Origin: Octopus vulgaris
Lineage: Eukaryota
Assembly: GCA_951406725.2 (NCBI GenBank)
Contig: OX597819.1
Coordinates: 114,018,001 to 114,082,000, forward strand
Reading direction: 5' to 3'
DNA length: 64,000 bases
Shown here in pieces: positions 26,479-38,611 of the stretch (positions are counted from its first letter, which is position 1; each line of letters starts with the position of its first letter). The notes beneath the pieces were generated by a model. It was given only the letters and a program-made list of their open reading frames with translations. It was not told where the DNA came from and did not search any database. The position numbers and the translations under genes were made by a program.

Positions 26479-27019
26479 TTAAGCTAGTGTTTGGAACACA
26501 GATTAACATGGAAGTCTGGCAGAAAGTTTTGGTTTAGATTTTCTTATAAGAGGAAATTTGTATTGCAGAACCAGGAACCAGAAGCAGTTTCAGATTGGTT
26601 GATAACAAAATGGTTAATTGGGTATTCCCATTACCACTCTCTACCAAGTAAATAGTTATGTTTACATGAATTTTGATCCTTTTAAGATTCATTTTAGTTT
26701 AGGGTACAAAGTGTCGACCCTGATCTTCAAGAAATACACAAACACAAATACGCACACACACACACAGAGTTCTATTTATGTGCGTGTGTATATGTGTCTA
26801 TGTGTGTGTATGTGTGTGAGTGCATTTGTGTTGTGTGTGTATGTGTGCATGAGTGTGCACATGTGCATTGTATGTGTATATACATGTGTGTATCATCATC
26901 ATCATCATTTAATACATATATATATCATCATTCATCATCGTATATATATATATGTGTGTGCTTGTGTGGGGGAGTGGTGTGTGTGCATGTGTGGGGGAGT
27001 GGTGTGTGTGTGTTTGTGT

Positions 27020-27052
<33 letters not shown>

Positions 27053-28281
27053 CAATAAGCCTCTACAGAGTTTCTGTTTATTAAACATCACTTATAAGGC
27101 ATTTGTAATGATTTTTATTCATATTTTTTTTAGCAATCTTTATTACTTACTGCAGTCATTCTTTGATCTGATATAGAGTAGCTTACCAAACTGTACTGCA
27201 ATGCAGATAGATGGGCGGTCAGTTGTGCACACCTCGTAGAATTTGGCGACCATTTTAAACAGAAATTTAAAGAAATATCAATTATATTATACTATTTTTT
27301 TCAGCCCCAACTCCTTTTATGTTATATAGTTATTGTTGTAGATTAGCCCCCAAGTCAGACCTGTTGTGCAGACCTATGATCAAAGACATTCCATCCACGA
27401 TCATCTCATATAGTTTTTTGGGTCTATCTCAAACTACACACACACACACACACACACACATGTACATGCACGCACACACATACACATCTTGCATACATTC
27501 TTGTATATGTGTAGGTGTGTATGTCTGTACCATCACACACATATATATATATATATATATATGGACCCTAGTGTGGGCCCCTGGCCTTCCCAGTTTCAGT
27601 CAAGCTGTTCAATATATGCCAGCATGGGAAACAGACATTAAATGATAATGATGATGGTGATAATATTACACACACACACACACACATCATCATCATCATT
27701 TAGTGCTCACTTTCCCCTGTTTGCATGTGTCAGATGGAATTTATTGAGGCATATTTGTTGACAGCACATGCTTCCTGTCACCAAGCTTCATCCATCTCTA
27801 AGCAAGGTAATATTTCCCCCTGACCAGACCAGACCAGACCAGACCAGACCAGACCAGACCAAATGTGCTCATAGAAGACTGGATACCATCAACCTCACTT
27901 GTATGATGAAGATGCTCACTTGCAACCATCACGTAATATCTAGACAAGAGTACCCATAAACGTACACACACACAATCACACACATGCATGTATCCATGCC
28001 CATGTACACATGCACATACATACACAAACACATACACACACATGCATACATACATTCTATATTCCTTTATTTGTTTCAGTCATTTGACTGTGGCCATGTT
28101 GGAGCACCACTTTTAGTTGAACAGATCGACCCCAGGACTTATTCTTTTTAAGCCTAGTACTTATTCTATCAGTCTCTTTTGCTGAACTGCTAAGTTATGG
28201 AGACGTAAACACACCACCACTGGTTGTCAAGTGATGGTGAAGGGACAAACACAGACACACAAACATGTATGTATGTATATA

Positions 28282-28328
<47 letters not shown>

Positions 28329-28786
28329 ATGTATGTATAGATGATGGGATTCTTTCAGTTTCCATCTCCCAAATCCACTCACAAGGCTTTGGTTGGCCAG
28401 AGGCTATAGTAGAAGACATTTGCCCAAGGTGCCATGCAGTGTGACCTACTGAACCTGGAACCATGTGCTTGATAAGCAAGTTACTTACCACACAGCTACT
28501 CCTATGCCTGACAGGCTTCTTTCATTATTCATCTACCAAATAAACTCACAAATCATCACACAGTGGAACTGAAACTAAGACCATATGGATGGGAAGCAAG
28601 TGTTTAAATTACACAGCCACCATGACATATAACTATGCAAATACAATTTTATAATTGAATTGAAAGCGAATTCTATGAGTTAAATGACATAGCAAAGATC
28701 TCAGTAAAATAAATCTAGAGAATATATTACCAGCTGAATTTTGAAGCCTTTTATTGATTCTGCTATCAAACTGTCCACATTGCATA

Positions 28787-29190
28787 GGTGTAGGAGTGGC
28801 TGTGTGGTAAGTAGCTTGCTTACCAACCACATGGTTCCGGGTTCAGTCCCACTGCGTGGCACCTTAGGCAAGTGTCTTCTACCATAGCCTTGGGCTGACC
28901 AAAGCCTTGTGAGTGGATTTGGTAGACAGAAACTGTAAGAAGCCCGTTGTATATATGTATATATATATATGCATGTGTGTGTATGTGTTTGTGTGTCTGT
29001 GTTTGTCCCCCTAGCATTGCTTGACAACAGATGCTGGTGTATTTACGTCCCCGTAACTTAGCGGTTCAGCAAAAGAGACCAATAGAATAAATACTAGGCT
29101 TACAAAGAATAAGTCCTGGGGTCGATTTGCTTAACTAAAGGCGGTGCTCCAGCATGGCCACAGTCAAATGACTGAAACAAGTAAAGAGTA
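28787..29190 (+). mobile_element. SINE family A
   Basis: Full-length copy, flanking attgcata duplication; other copies at 21050, 28060, 35378, 37270, 49390. Confidence 0.9.
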
Positions 29191-29328
29191 TTGCATATCA
29201 AAGTATACAAACAGAATAATGATGGAATTGATATAGGGCTGAGAATACGGCATGGCATGCTTGCGTATGTATGTGCTTGTGTGTGTGTGTGTGTGTGTGT
29301 GTGTTCCCTTCTGTTTTTAATTATTTAA

Positions 29329-29548
29329 CATTTTAGTGTTTAAACTGGCCATGTCCAGCCAAAATATTCTGCCTGTTTTATGTTTAAACTGGCCAGATCT
29401 GGTCTCTCACATCTACCTTGTAATGTCATTCTTAAAATAGACAACCACATCGTTGCTATCTCAAAGCTACAAGATAATGTGAAATTAATTAAAAATATTG
29501 GGAATAAATAAACATTATGCTTGACAGAATAATCTGAATGCTAAAGGA
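29329..29548. mobile_element. piggyBac-type MITE (degenerate)
   Basis: TTAA on both sides; imperfect TIR cattttagtgtt/aatgctaaagga. Confidence 0.6.
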
Positions 29549-32346
29549 TTAAATTCCTAAATATGCATGTATAGCCCCGCGCTATTAGGGTGCTAAGAGC
29601 ACCATCCGAGCGTGATCACTGCCAGAGCAGCTAACTGGCTTCCGTGCTGGTGGCACGTAAAAGACACCATTTGAGTGTGATCATTACCTTACTGGCACCT
29701 GTGCCGGTGGCATGTGTAAAATGATTCGAGCGAGGTCGTTGCCAGTACTGCCTGACTGGCTCCATGCTGGTGGCATATAAAAAGCACCCACTACACTCTC
29801 GGAGTGGTTGGCGTTGGGAAGGGCATCCAGCTGTAGAAACTCTGCCAGATCAAGATTGGAGCCTGGTGCAGCCATTCGGTTCGCCAGTCCTCAGTCAAAT
29901 TGTTCAACCCATGCCAGCATGGAAAGCAGACGTTAAACGATGATGATGTTCTATATATATATAACATATGGTATAATTATAAACAGGGCAAATTTTAGCC
30001 ATTTTGCCACAAACTGAAAAAACAAAAACAATGAACAACCTTATTTGATTATTGAACCTTATTGGGTTTTCATCAAAGGTATTCACATCAATTTGACAAT
30101 CTCCAGATAAACAAGCAGCCAAACTGTTTATATACTCAAAAAATGTAGCTGTTACTCTATGAAGGACTTCCTAATTTACATACCAAAAGTGTTTAACACT
30201 CTATAAATACCAGCAGCCTGGTATTTATACTGTTATATGGTTTTTAATTATTTAAATTCTCCCTCTGTTTTCTAACAAAGACCATTGGAATGTAGATTAC
30301 AAAAGCAATGTCATATTTTAAACTTGAGAAAAATCTAATATTTTTTCTGCCCCTCTTACAGATTGTATGAAAGTGGAACAGTAAAAATATGTGCAAGTTA
30401 GTTGGTTGATTTCTCTTTCTGACAACCCTAGCTTATCCAGATTGTCACTTAGGCATTTACTCACAAAACTAAGTGCACCAATTATTATTGGTAGAAATTC
30501 CAGTGTATTGAATGTAAATTAAGTATGCACAAGAGATGCTGTGGGATCACAAGAAGGCTGAGAGGGAAGAAGAATTTTGAGTAGTCAGCAATAAGAGCAC
30601 CCATTAAATAAATTATTTCAAATGTTAGAGGGATTCATAGATGGAGCTAATCAATAGCTTTCATCATTTAGATAACCTAATTAGCAGTAGAGGAGGATGT
30701 TTGAAAGCATAGTAACCAGAGTAAGAACCAAGTGGGAGACATTTAGGAAGCTATTACCACTGCTGGCGACAAAAGAATTTTGTCTCTGAGTAAATCACAG
30801 ACTGTATGTTGTATATATATGAAGGCGCATGACCTAGCAGTTAAGGTGTTGCACTCATGATTGCAAGATTGAGGTTTCAATTTTCAGATCAAGCAGTGCA
30901 TTGTGTTCCCTGGCAAAACACTTCATTTAGCATTGCTCCAGTCCACTCAGCTGTAAATGAGTACCCTGTGATGGACTGGCATCTCGTTCAGGAGAATGTG
31001 GTGATCACAGTCACTTATGCACCATGGAAACTGTGTAACTAGCCCCGCAAGCCCTGAGACTCAAGAAAGTATTGTCTAGGGGTGCATTGTAGCAAAATAT
31101 AGGCACTGGATATAGGAGGCTGTGCGTAAACTAGAAATATATATGGTGAACATGCTCTGCTGAATGTATATATTGTTAACCCCTTGATGCCAGTATTACC
31201 CGAAGCATGTGAGACACTGCTCCGGTTTTTTTTTTATCTAATGAGGCCACACAAGCACACAAGTGCCAACGAGCTCGCATTTGTTTACATTCACTGTTAC
31301 TATAACATAGCGTCATACATTTACGTCTACCGGTTTATGAAAATGAACTATGTGAAGCTATTTATCATTATATGATATGCATGAGTTATTCTGCTCAAGT
31401 TCAAAAAATAGCTTGCGTGTGGTACAACTCAAAACACGGTATTATGCATGTAAAAAGGCGGCGAGCTGGCAGAAACGTTAGCACGCCAGGCGAAATGCGG
31501 AGCCGTATTTCGCCTGCCGTTATGTTCTGAGTTCAAATTCCACCAAGGTTGACTTTGCCTTTCATCCTTTCGGGGCCGATAAATTAAGTACCAGTTACGA
31601 TGTGTTCTTGAGAAAAGCACTTCATTTCATGTTGCTCAAGTCCACTCAGCTGGCAAAAATGAGTAACGCTGCGATGGACTGGCGTCCCGTCCAGCTGGGG
31701 AACACATACACCACGGAAACCAGGAAACTGGGTCCATGAGCCTGGCTAGGCTTTAAAAGGGCAAAAAAAAAAAGTATCTATGACAACATCATCTTGTTGG
31801 TCCCTTTTTAGATGGTGTTATTTGAGGGAAATTTCGTTGCTTTATCTAATATGTCAAATGACTATATTTAGGCTTCCTCAGCTAGAGATGGTGGTCATAC
31901 TAATGAAGTTTCCTTACTTTTTAAAAAATTTTTATCCTGAGAATTAACCTGTTGCATTGTGCAAAACTAATACTGACCTAAATTCAAAGGAATTTAAGTC
32001 GTCAGCTCAGCGATATGATGTGTACATATATTTGCTGTCTTTAATCTTAGTGAAAGCTTTCTCTAAGAAGCGAGGGGGTGTAAAATTGCAGAGCCATTTT
32101 TCCTTCTCTATAAGAAAAATGTCTCTAATGCTATGTTGACATTGACAAAGCATTGAAGTAGTTGCCTATTATTACACACACACACACACACACACATGTA
32201 TGCATCATTATTGAAATAATAAAGAGGCAGTATATATAATATATTATACATATATAAAAGAGGCAAATGTATGTGTATGTAAATATATATAAATACACAC
32301 ACACATTTCTGTTTCTTATATATATATATACACATAAAGATATATA

Positions 32347-32737
32347 TCTCTCTATATATAAAGCTGAAGTTGTCTGTGTATGGCAGGTTTGGTAGCATTC
32401 AACTAACACTATCTCCTCCAAGACCCTGCGGTGCAAGTTGGCCAAAATTGAGAGTATGATAGAAGAAGGCTTGCTCTTCCTTCCGTAGAAGAAAAAATTC
32501 AAATCAGACCATGTTAACACCAAAAATTATTTACATCAGAAAGGTGTTTTTTTCTATGAAAATCCCTATTTTTTATGATTTTTTGACTGCTGTGTCGCCA
32601 TTTTTCGGTGTATTTCAACCAGAAAAAATGTTCACTTAGAGAGAATAACAAGCTACATAATGCAAAATTTTTACTTTTCAAAATTCTAATTCTAAAGGGT
32701 CAAAACAAACCCGAGCAACGCCGGGCGATACTGCTAG
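32347..32737 (+). mobile_element. non-autonomous Helitron
   Basis: 5' A|TC, subterminal hairpin cccgagcaacgccggg, 3' CTAG|T, no TSD. Confidence 0.85.
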
Positions 32738-33939
32738 TGTACATATAAGAGAGAGAAGTGTGTGTGTATGTGCGTGTACTTCCTGACAATAGTTTTAGTC
32801 ACAATTTTTCATTGTTCCTCTATTCTCCAATGAGGATGAGTGTAAGTGCTACAGTGTAAATAACTGAGAGATGCTGAGGGTACTGCCAGCTTCATATTTT
32901 CTAACTCCCATTTCACCACTGCCTGCCACATCATTCTGCTTCTCAGCTATTTTGTTTATGTTCATTAACCTACAGAAATTATTCTAATACATGACTACCA
33001 AATATAAGACTGGCGAACCGAATGGCTGCACCAGGTTCCAAATATAAGATTTAATCTACAGTGGGTAGTGAGAAACAGAAGAGTTTTGTAACCAAATTTA
33101 AAGGTAATAATAATCTAGCACAGAAGAAAATCTGTCTGAGTGCTTAGAGGTATTTCAGTTTGTCCTGAGCCATGGATCTCCACCATCATAAAGGATATAT
33201 ATCATATCTCTGATGCCGTGAAGACATCTATAGCTATTAAATCTACAGCTATCACACACACATGCACACACATACACACATGCACACACACACACACATG
33301 CAGACACACACACACATACACTCATGCACTTTTACACATACATACATGCACATACACACTCACACACATTCACATACACACTCACACACATTCACACACA
33401 GTGGCATGTAAAAAGCACCATTCGAGCATGATCGTTACCAGCATCGCCTTATTGGCACTTGTGCCAGTGGCATGTGAAAAAACATTTGAGTGAGGTCTTT
33501 GCCATTACACTCTCAAAGTGGTTGGCATTAGGAAGCATATCCAGCTGTAGAAACTCTGCCAGATCAGATTGGAGCCTGGTGCAGCCATTTGGTTCGCCAG
33601 TCCTCAGTGAAATCGTCCAACACATGCTAGCATGGAATGTGGATGTTAAACGATGATGATGATGATTGTTTGTAAAGTTACCTTCTGAAGTCATACTGAC
33701 GCATAGGGGCCAGTTTCCCAGATTCATGGTGTATATATTCCCCACCTGGACAGCACACCAGTCCATCACAGTATTACTCATCTTTACCAGATGAGTGGAA
33801 TGCAGCTATGTGAAATGAAGTATTTTGCTCAAAAACACAATGTGTCGCCCAGTCCAGGAATTGAAATCACAGTCTTATGATCACGAGTCTAACACTCTAA
33901 CTACTAAGCCACACATCTCCGCACTACTGTTAATGCAAA

Positions 33940-34950
33940 ATATTTGCCAGAACAAATATCTAATGTCAAGGAAACTAGCTTCTATTGGAAGCACATGCCT
34001 GAATAGTCTTACATATATTGAGAGACAAAAACCTTGCTCAGTTTCAAAGCAATTAAAGATTGTGTGACTCTTCTTCTTCAAAGAAATGTGGCAAAGATTT
34101 TCAACTATACTAAAGCCAGTTCTTGTTTATCAATGTAGAAACTCACGTGTTTTTTGAGTTTTCTTATTGTTAACAAGCACACACTGACTGTTGTCTACCA
34201 CAACAACATAAAAGCATGGGTAACAAAACAAATCTTTGAAGATTAGTTCTTGTATAGATTCTTCATCAAGTAAAAGAAAATTGCATTCAAAATATTAATT
34301 TTAGATAAAGCTTCATAACAATACAGCATTTCATTAATTTCAATCCTAATATAAGATCCAACACATGGATTCTTTTCTACTCTAGGCACAAGGCCCGAAA
34401 TTTTGGGGGAGGGGGCCAATCGATTAGATCGACCCCAGTATGCAACTGATACTTAATTTATCGACCCCTAAAGGATGAAAGGTAAAGTCTACCTCAGCAG
34501 AATTTGAACTCAGAACATAAAGACAGACGAAATACTGCTATGCATTTCGTCTGGCATGCTAACATTACTGCCAGCTCACTGCCTTAGATTCAACATATGG
34601 ATTGGGAGTCTATGGACAATTGCAAAGAATAACTACCAGCAAATAATCTTTGTTCTATTGATTGATGCAGTAGACCAGAGCACTTTGCTCCATGAGTTTT
34701 GGAAATGGTGCAATATTTTTAATGCAATTAAGAACATTGTTAAAGCCAAGGAGTGAATTATGAAAGAATCCATGAATAGTATTGGACAAAATAAGTTGAA
34801 AATGCGAATGCTTTCAAAGGTCATTATGTTGACAGTGTTGTGAGTGACATTCATGGGAAAATCATAACAATTGCAAAATGGTTTCATTCTAATGTAGATG
34901 AAGTAGTCAATAGCTGATAGCAGCAGAACTGACAAATGAAGAGTTGACAG
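33940..34950 (+). pseudogene. pogo/Tigger DDE transposase relic
   Basis: ETSFYWKHMP...FKAIKDCVTLLF, KPVLVY, KAWVT, EFWKWCNIFNAIKNI; frameshifts and a SINE C insert at ~34368-34585. Confidence 0.8.
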
Positions 34951-36700
34951 AATTGAAAAAAGGGGAGATGTGATGATTATGCATTTTTCCAGATTGTTTA
35001 GAAATGTTTATTGGTGTTTATATGAGTATTTTGAAGGCTTTGTAAGACACTTGCTTACATAAGTGTTACAGAGCCCACTTTGTGGATAGTCATTGCACGA
35101 ATCTAGGACCAAGGATTGTCTAATTATGACCATCCCATCTCTAATCCAGACACCGTGTACCTAAGACTTTATTGTCTAACATCTTGTATTATTATCATCA
35201 TCATTATTATTTTTTTAGTTCATAGAGACTGCTTTGAAGGAACTTTAGTTACTGATTTTAGCTGCTTGACCATCAGACAGAGCGTCTTTCATTGAGACAA
35301 CAGTTATTAGAAATGACTATTGATACAAATATGAACCTTTAAACAGAGTGAACCTTTAAATAAATATGAATCTTTAAAAGGTGCAGGAGTAGCTGTGTGG
35401 TAAGTAGCTTGATTATGAACCACATGGTTCCAGGTTCAGTCCCATTGCGTGGCACCTCGGGCAAGTGTCTTCTACTTTAGCCTCAGGCCTAGCAAAGCCT
35501 TGTGAGTGGATTTGGTAGACAGAAACTGAAAGAAGCCCATCGTATGTGTGTGTGTGTGTGTGTATGTTTGTGTGTCTGTATTTGTCCCCCAACATTGCTT
35601 GACAACCGATGCTGGTGTGTTTACATCCCTGTCACTTAGCATTTCAGTAAGAGAGACCGATAGAATAAGTACTAGGGTTACAAAGAATAAGTGCTGGGGT
35701 TGATTTGCTTGACTAAAAGTGGTGCTCCAGCATGGCTGCAGTTAAATGACTAAAACAAATAAAAGAAAAAGAAAGAGTAGAGACATTGTGAGTTTCTCAT
35801 TTATTGCCCATAGACGTTTTGTTTCTCACAAAGCAGATGTAGACTCCATAACAGAAGTGGCTGTGACATATCTATGAAAAGAGTTACTTCGAACAAAAAC
35901 TAATACCGAGTGGAGGAGAGGGTTCCTTAGTTTCACCAAGGAAAATCTCTCTAGCAGCCCATAAAAATGCATGTAATCCATGCTATAAGGTGGTTGGTGG
36001 TAAGAAGGACATCCAGCCAGTCATAAAACCATGCTGAAAAACACTACATATACAACAATCTATTCTACTCTAGCCACAAGGTCCAAAATTTTGGGGGAGG
36101 GAGCCAGTCGATTAGATCAACCCCAGTATACAACTGGTACTTAATTTATCAACCCTGAAAGGATGAAAGGCAAAGTCAACCTTGACGGAATTTGAACTTA
36201 GAACATAAAGACAGACAAAATACCACTAAGCATTTCGCCTGGCATGCTAACGTTTCTGACAGCTCGCTGTCTTAATATACATCAATATTAAAACATATAG
36301 TAAACTACAATTTAAAAGTTACGTTTTCTAGATTTAGCATATACAAATCTGTTGATAAAACTAGAAATGTGTAATACACACAGAAATTCATGTTCATTGC
36401 TTATCACAGTGAAATCGTTTGATGTTTTGACCCATGCTCCTCAGTTTATTTTAAGTCCTTTTCATGTCCAAAAGTAATCATGAATGACAAATAGTTGTGC
36501 AGTATGTTTTCCACTTTTGAAAAAAAAATGGAAAAGATACAAAGAATTGTCAGTTACCAGGTAGTAAAACTGTTAAGCCTAAAAGGTTTTGTGATGTGTC
36601 AATATGAGAACCAAGGCCAAATTTAAATAGTACAGTAAACTTGCCAAATTCTTTACCAAGACTTTCTTCCAGACATGGCTTGGTAAGATGTGATAACCTC

Positions 36701-36992
36701 TGTAGCAGACGCTTAGTGAAATTCTTTCTCTCTCTCTGACATATATAACATAAATACGGACGTAGCAGATAATAGCTGACCTTCGGCTGCTTGGGCCCTG
36801 TTGTGTCCACTACTCTGATTGGTTGGTATTGGAGCAATTTGTCTCTTGCTGTATTATGCGCAAATACCAACCAATCAGAGTAGTGGACACAACAGGGCCC
36901 AAGTGGCCGAAGGTTAGCTGTTATCTGCTACGTTCGTATTTATGTTATACATGTCAGAGAGAGAGAAAGAATTTCACTAAGCGTCCGCTACA
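36701..36992. mobile_element. palindromic MITE with TGT...ACA ends (Ginger-like)
   Basis: ~130-bp inverted arms; 4-bp TSD cctc. Confidence 0.75.
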
Positions 36993-38309
36993 CCTCTTTA
37001 CAATTCTTCCAACTTTGAGCATTTGTAATTGATAAAAGAATAATCTAAATAATCTATCCACCTTTTTATACATTTTCTGGTTGTTTTAACATAATAAAAA
37101 GCAAACTATTATTAAGAGCAAGAAACATTCTAATTTTAATCATTTGAAAAGGTATTTGTGATTCAAAAAGAAGATCAAAAGTGCTGGAACCACTGAAATT
37201 ATTATATGATTTCATGTATTTCTCTTTGAGTTTGCTGTTGATAATCTTCACATTCAGTCAGATCCTTGCTATTTACTCCTTTACTTGATTCAGCCTTTGA
37301 CTGTGGCCATGCTAGAGTACTGCCTTTAGTCGAGCAAATCGACCCCAGTGCTTATTCTTTGTAAGCCTAGTACTTATTCTATCGGTCTCTTTTGCCGAAC
37401 CGCTAAGTTATGGGGACATAAACACATAAGCATCGGTTATCAAGCAATGTTGGGGGGACAAATACAGACACACAAACATATACACGCACATATATATATA
37501 AATATATATATATATATACACACACATAAACATATATATGACGGGCTTCTTTCAGTTTCCATCTACCAAATCCACTCACAAGACTTTGGTCAGCCTGAGG
37601 CAATAGCAGATGACACTTGCCCAAGGTGACACACAGTGGGACTGAACCCAGAACTACGTGGTTCGTAAGCAAGCTACTTACCACACAGCCACTCCTACGC
37701 CTATAGCCAGTGTCTGAAAAAGTGAACCACATGGTTTGAATATATCCATGCAAAGATTAATAGAAATTTTGAAATAAAAAGTTACAGAGATGCTGATTAT
37801 TTGAAAATGATGTAATATTTGATTCATTGCAGCTGAAATTAGGCATGAGTCTGTGTTGATATTGTTATTTGAAACATTATTTGAAACCTTGTTTTTATTG
37901 TGGGGAAGCTGTCAAAGTGTTCTTGTTGCATCTGCACAAGCCAACTCCCTGATGCCTGATATTCTTTTCACAATCAATTAACGAGCATCGTCATGAGATG
38001 AGGCAATAGAAAAGAGATCCCATTGATGGGTAGAATCATAAAAAAAAATGTGCCCAGGCTTTATGCAGATTCAAAGAAAATTAATATTTCCTGACAAATT
38101 CAATAGTACATTTAACAACTAAATGTAATGAATGTCCCAAACAGACAATAATTTGTAAATGCATTCATTTCTTTAATACATGATTGTAAGCCAATATATT
38201 TACCATTTATATTGATGGCATCATGAATTGGACCACAGCATATTTTATATCAATGCCATTTACTTTTAAAAAGATCAAGTAAATTTTAAGCAAACTATTC
38301 AGCATTATG

Positions 38310-38611
38310 TGGAGGCACATGGCCTAGTGGTTAGAGCAGCAGACTCGCAATCAAAGGATCGCGGGTTCGTATCTCAGACCGGGCGATGTGTGTGTTTATG
38401 AGCGAAACACCTAAGCTCCACACGGCTCCGGCAGAAGGTAATAGCAAACTTCTGCTGACTCTTTCGCCACAACTTTCATTCACTCTTTCCTCCTGCATCT
38501 TGCAGCTCACCTGCGACGGACCAGCATCCCGTCCAGGTGGGGAACCGATACGCCAAGGAAACCAGGAAACCGGCCCTTATGAGCCAAGCGTGGCTCGAGA
38601 AGGAACAAACA
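38310..38611 (+). mobile_element. tRNA-derived SINE family B
   Basis: A and B boxes; TSD attcagcattatg. Confidence 0.9.

Noticed and set aside
30340-30400. Strong + strand acceptor followed by LYESGTVKICA and gttagt
   Set aside because: Too short, with no partner exons or homology evidence
36550-37032. Two ORFs sharing YQPIRVVDTTGPK
   Set aside because: Produced by the two arms of the palindromic MITE
38310-38385. tRNA-like sequences (also 13636, 25432, 46920, 56171)
   Set aside because: SINE heads continuing into body and tail with TSDs; no complete cloverleaf
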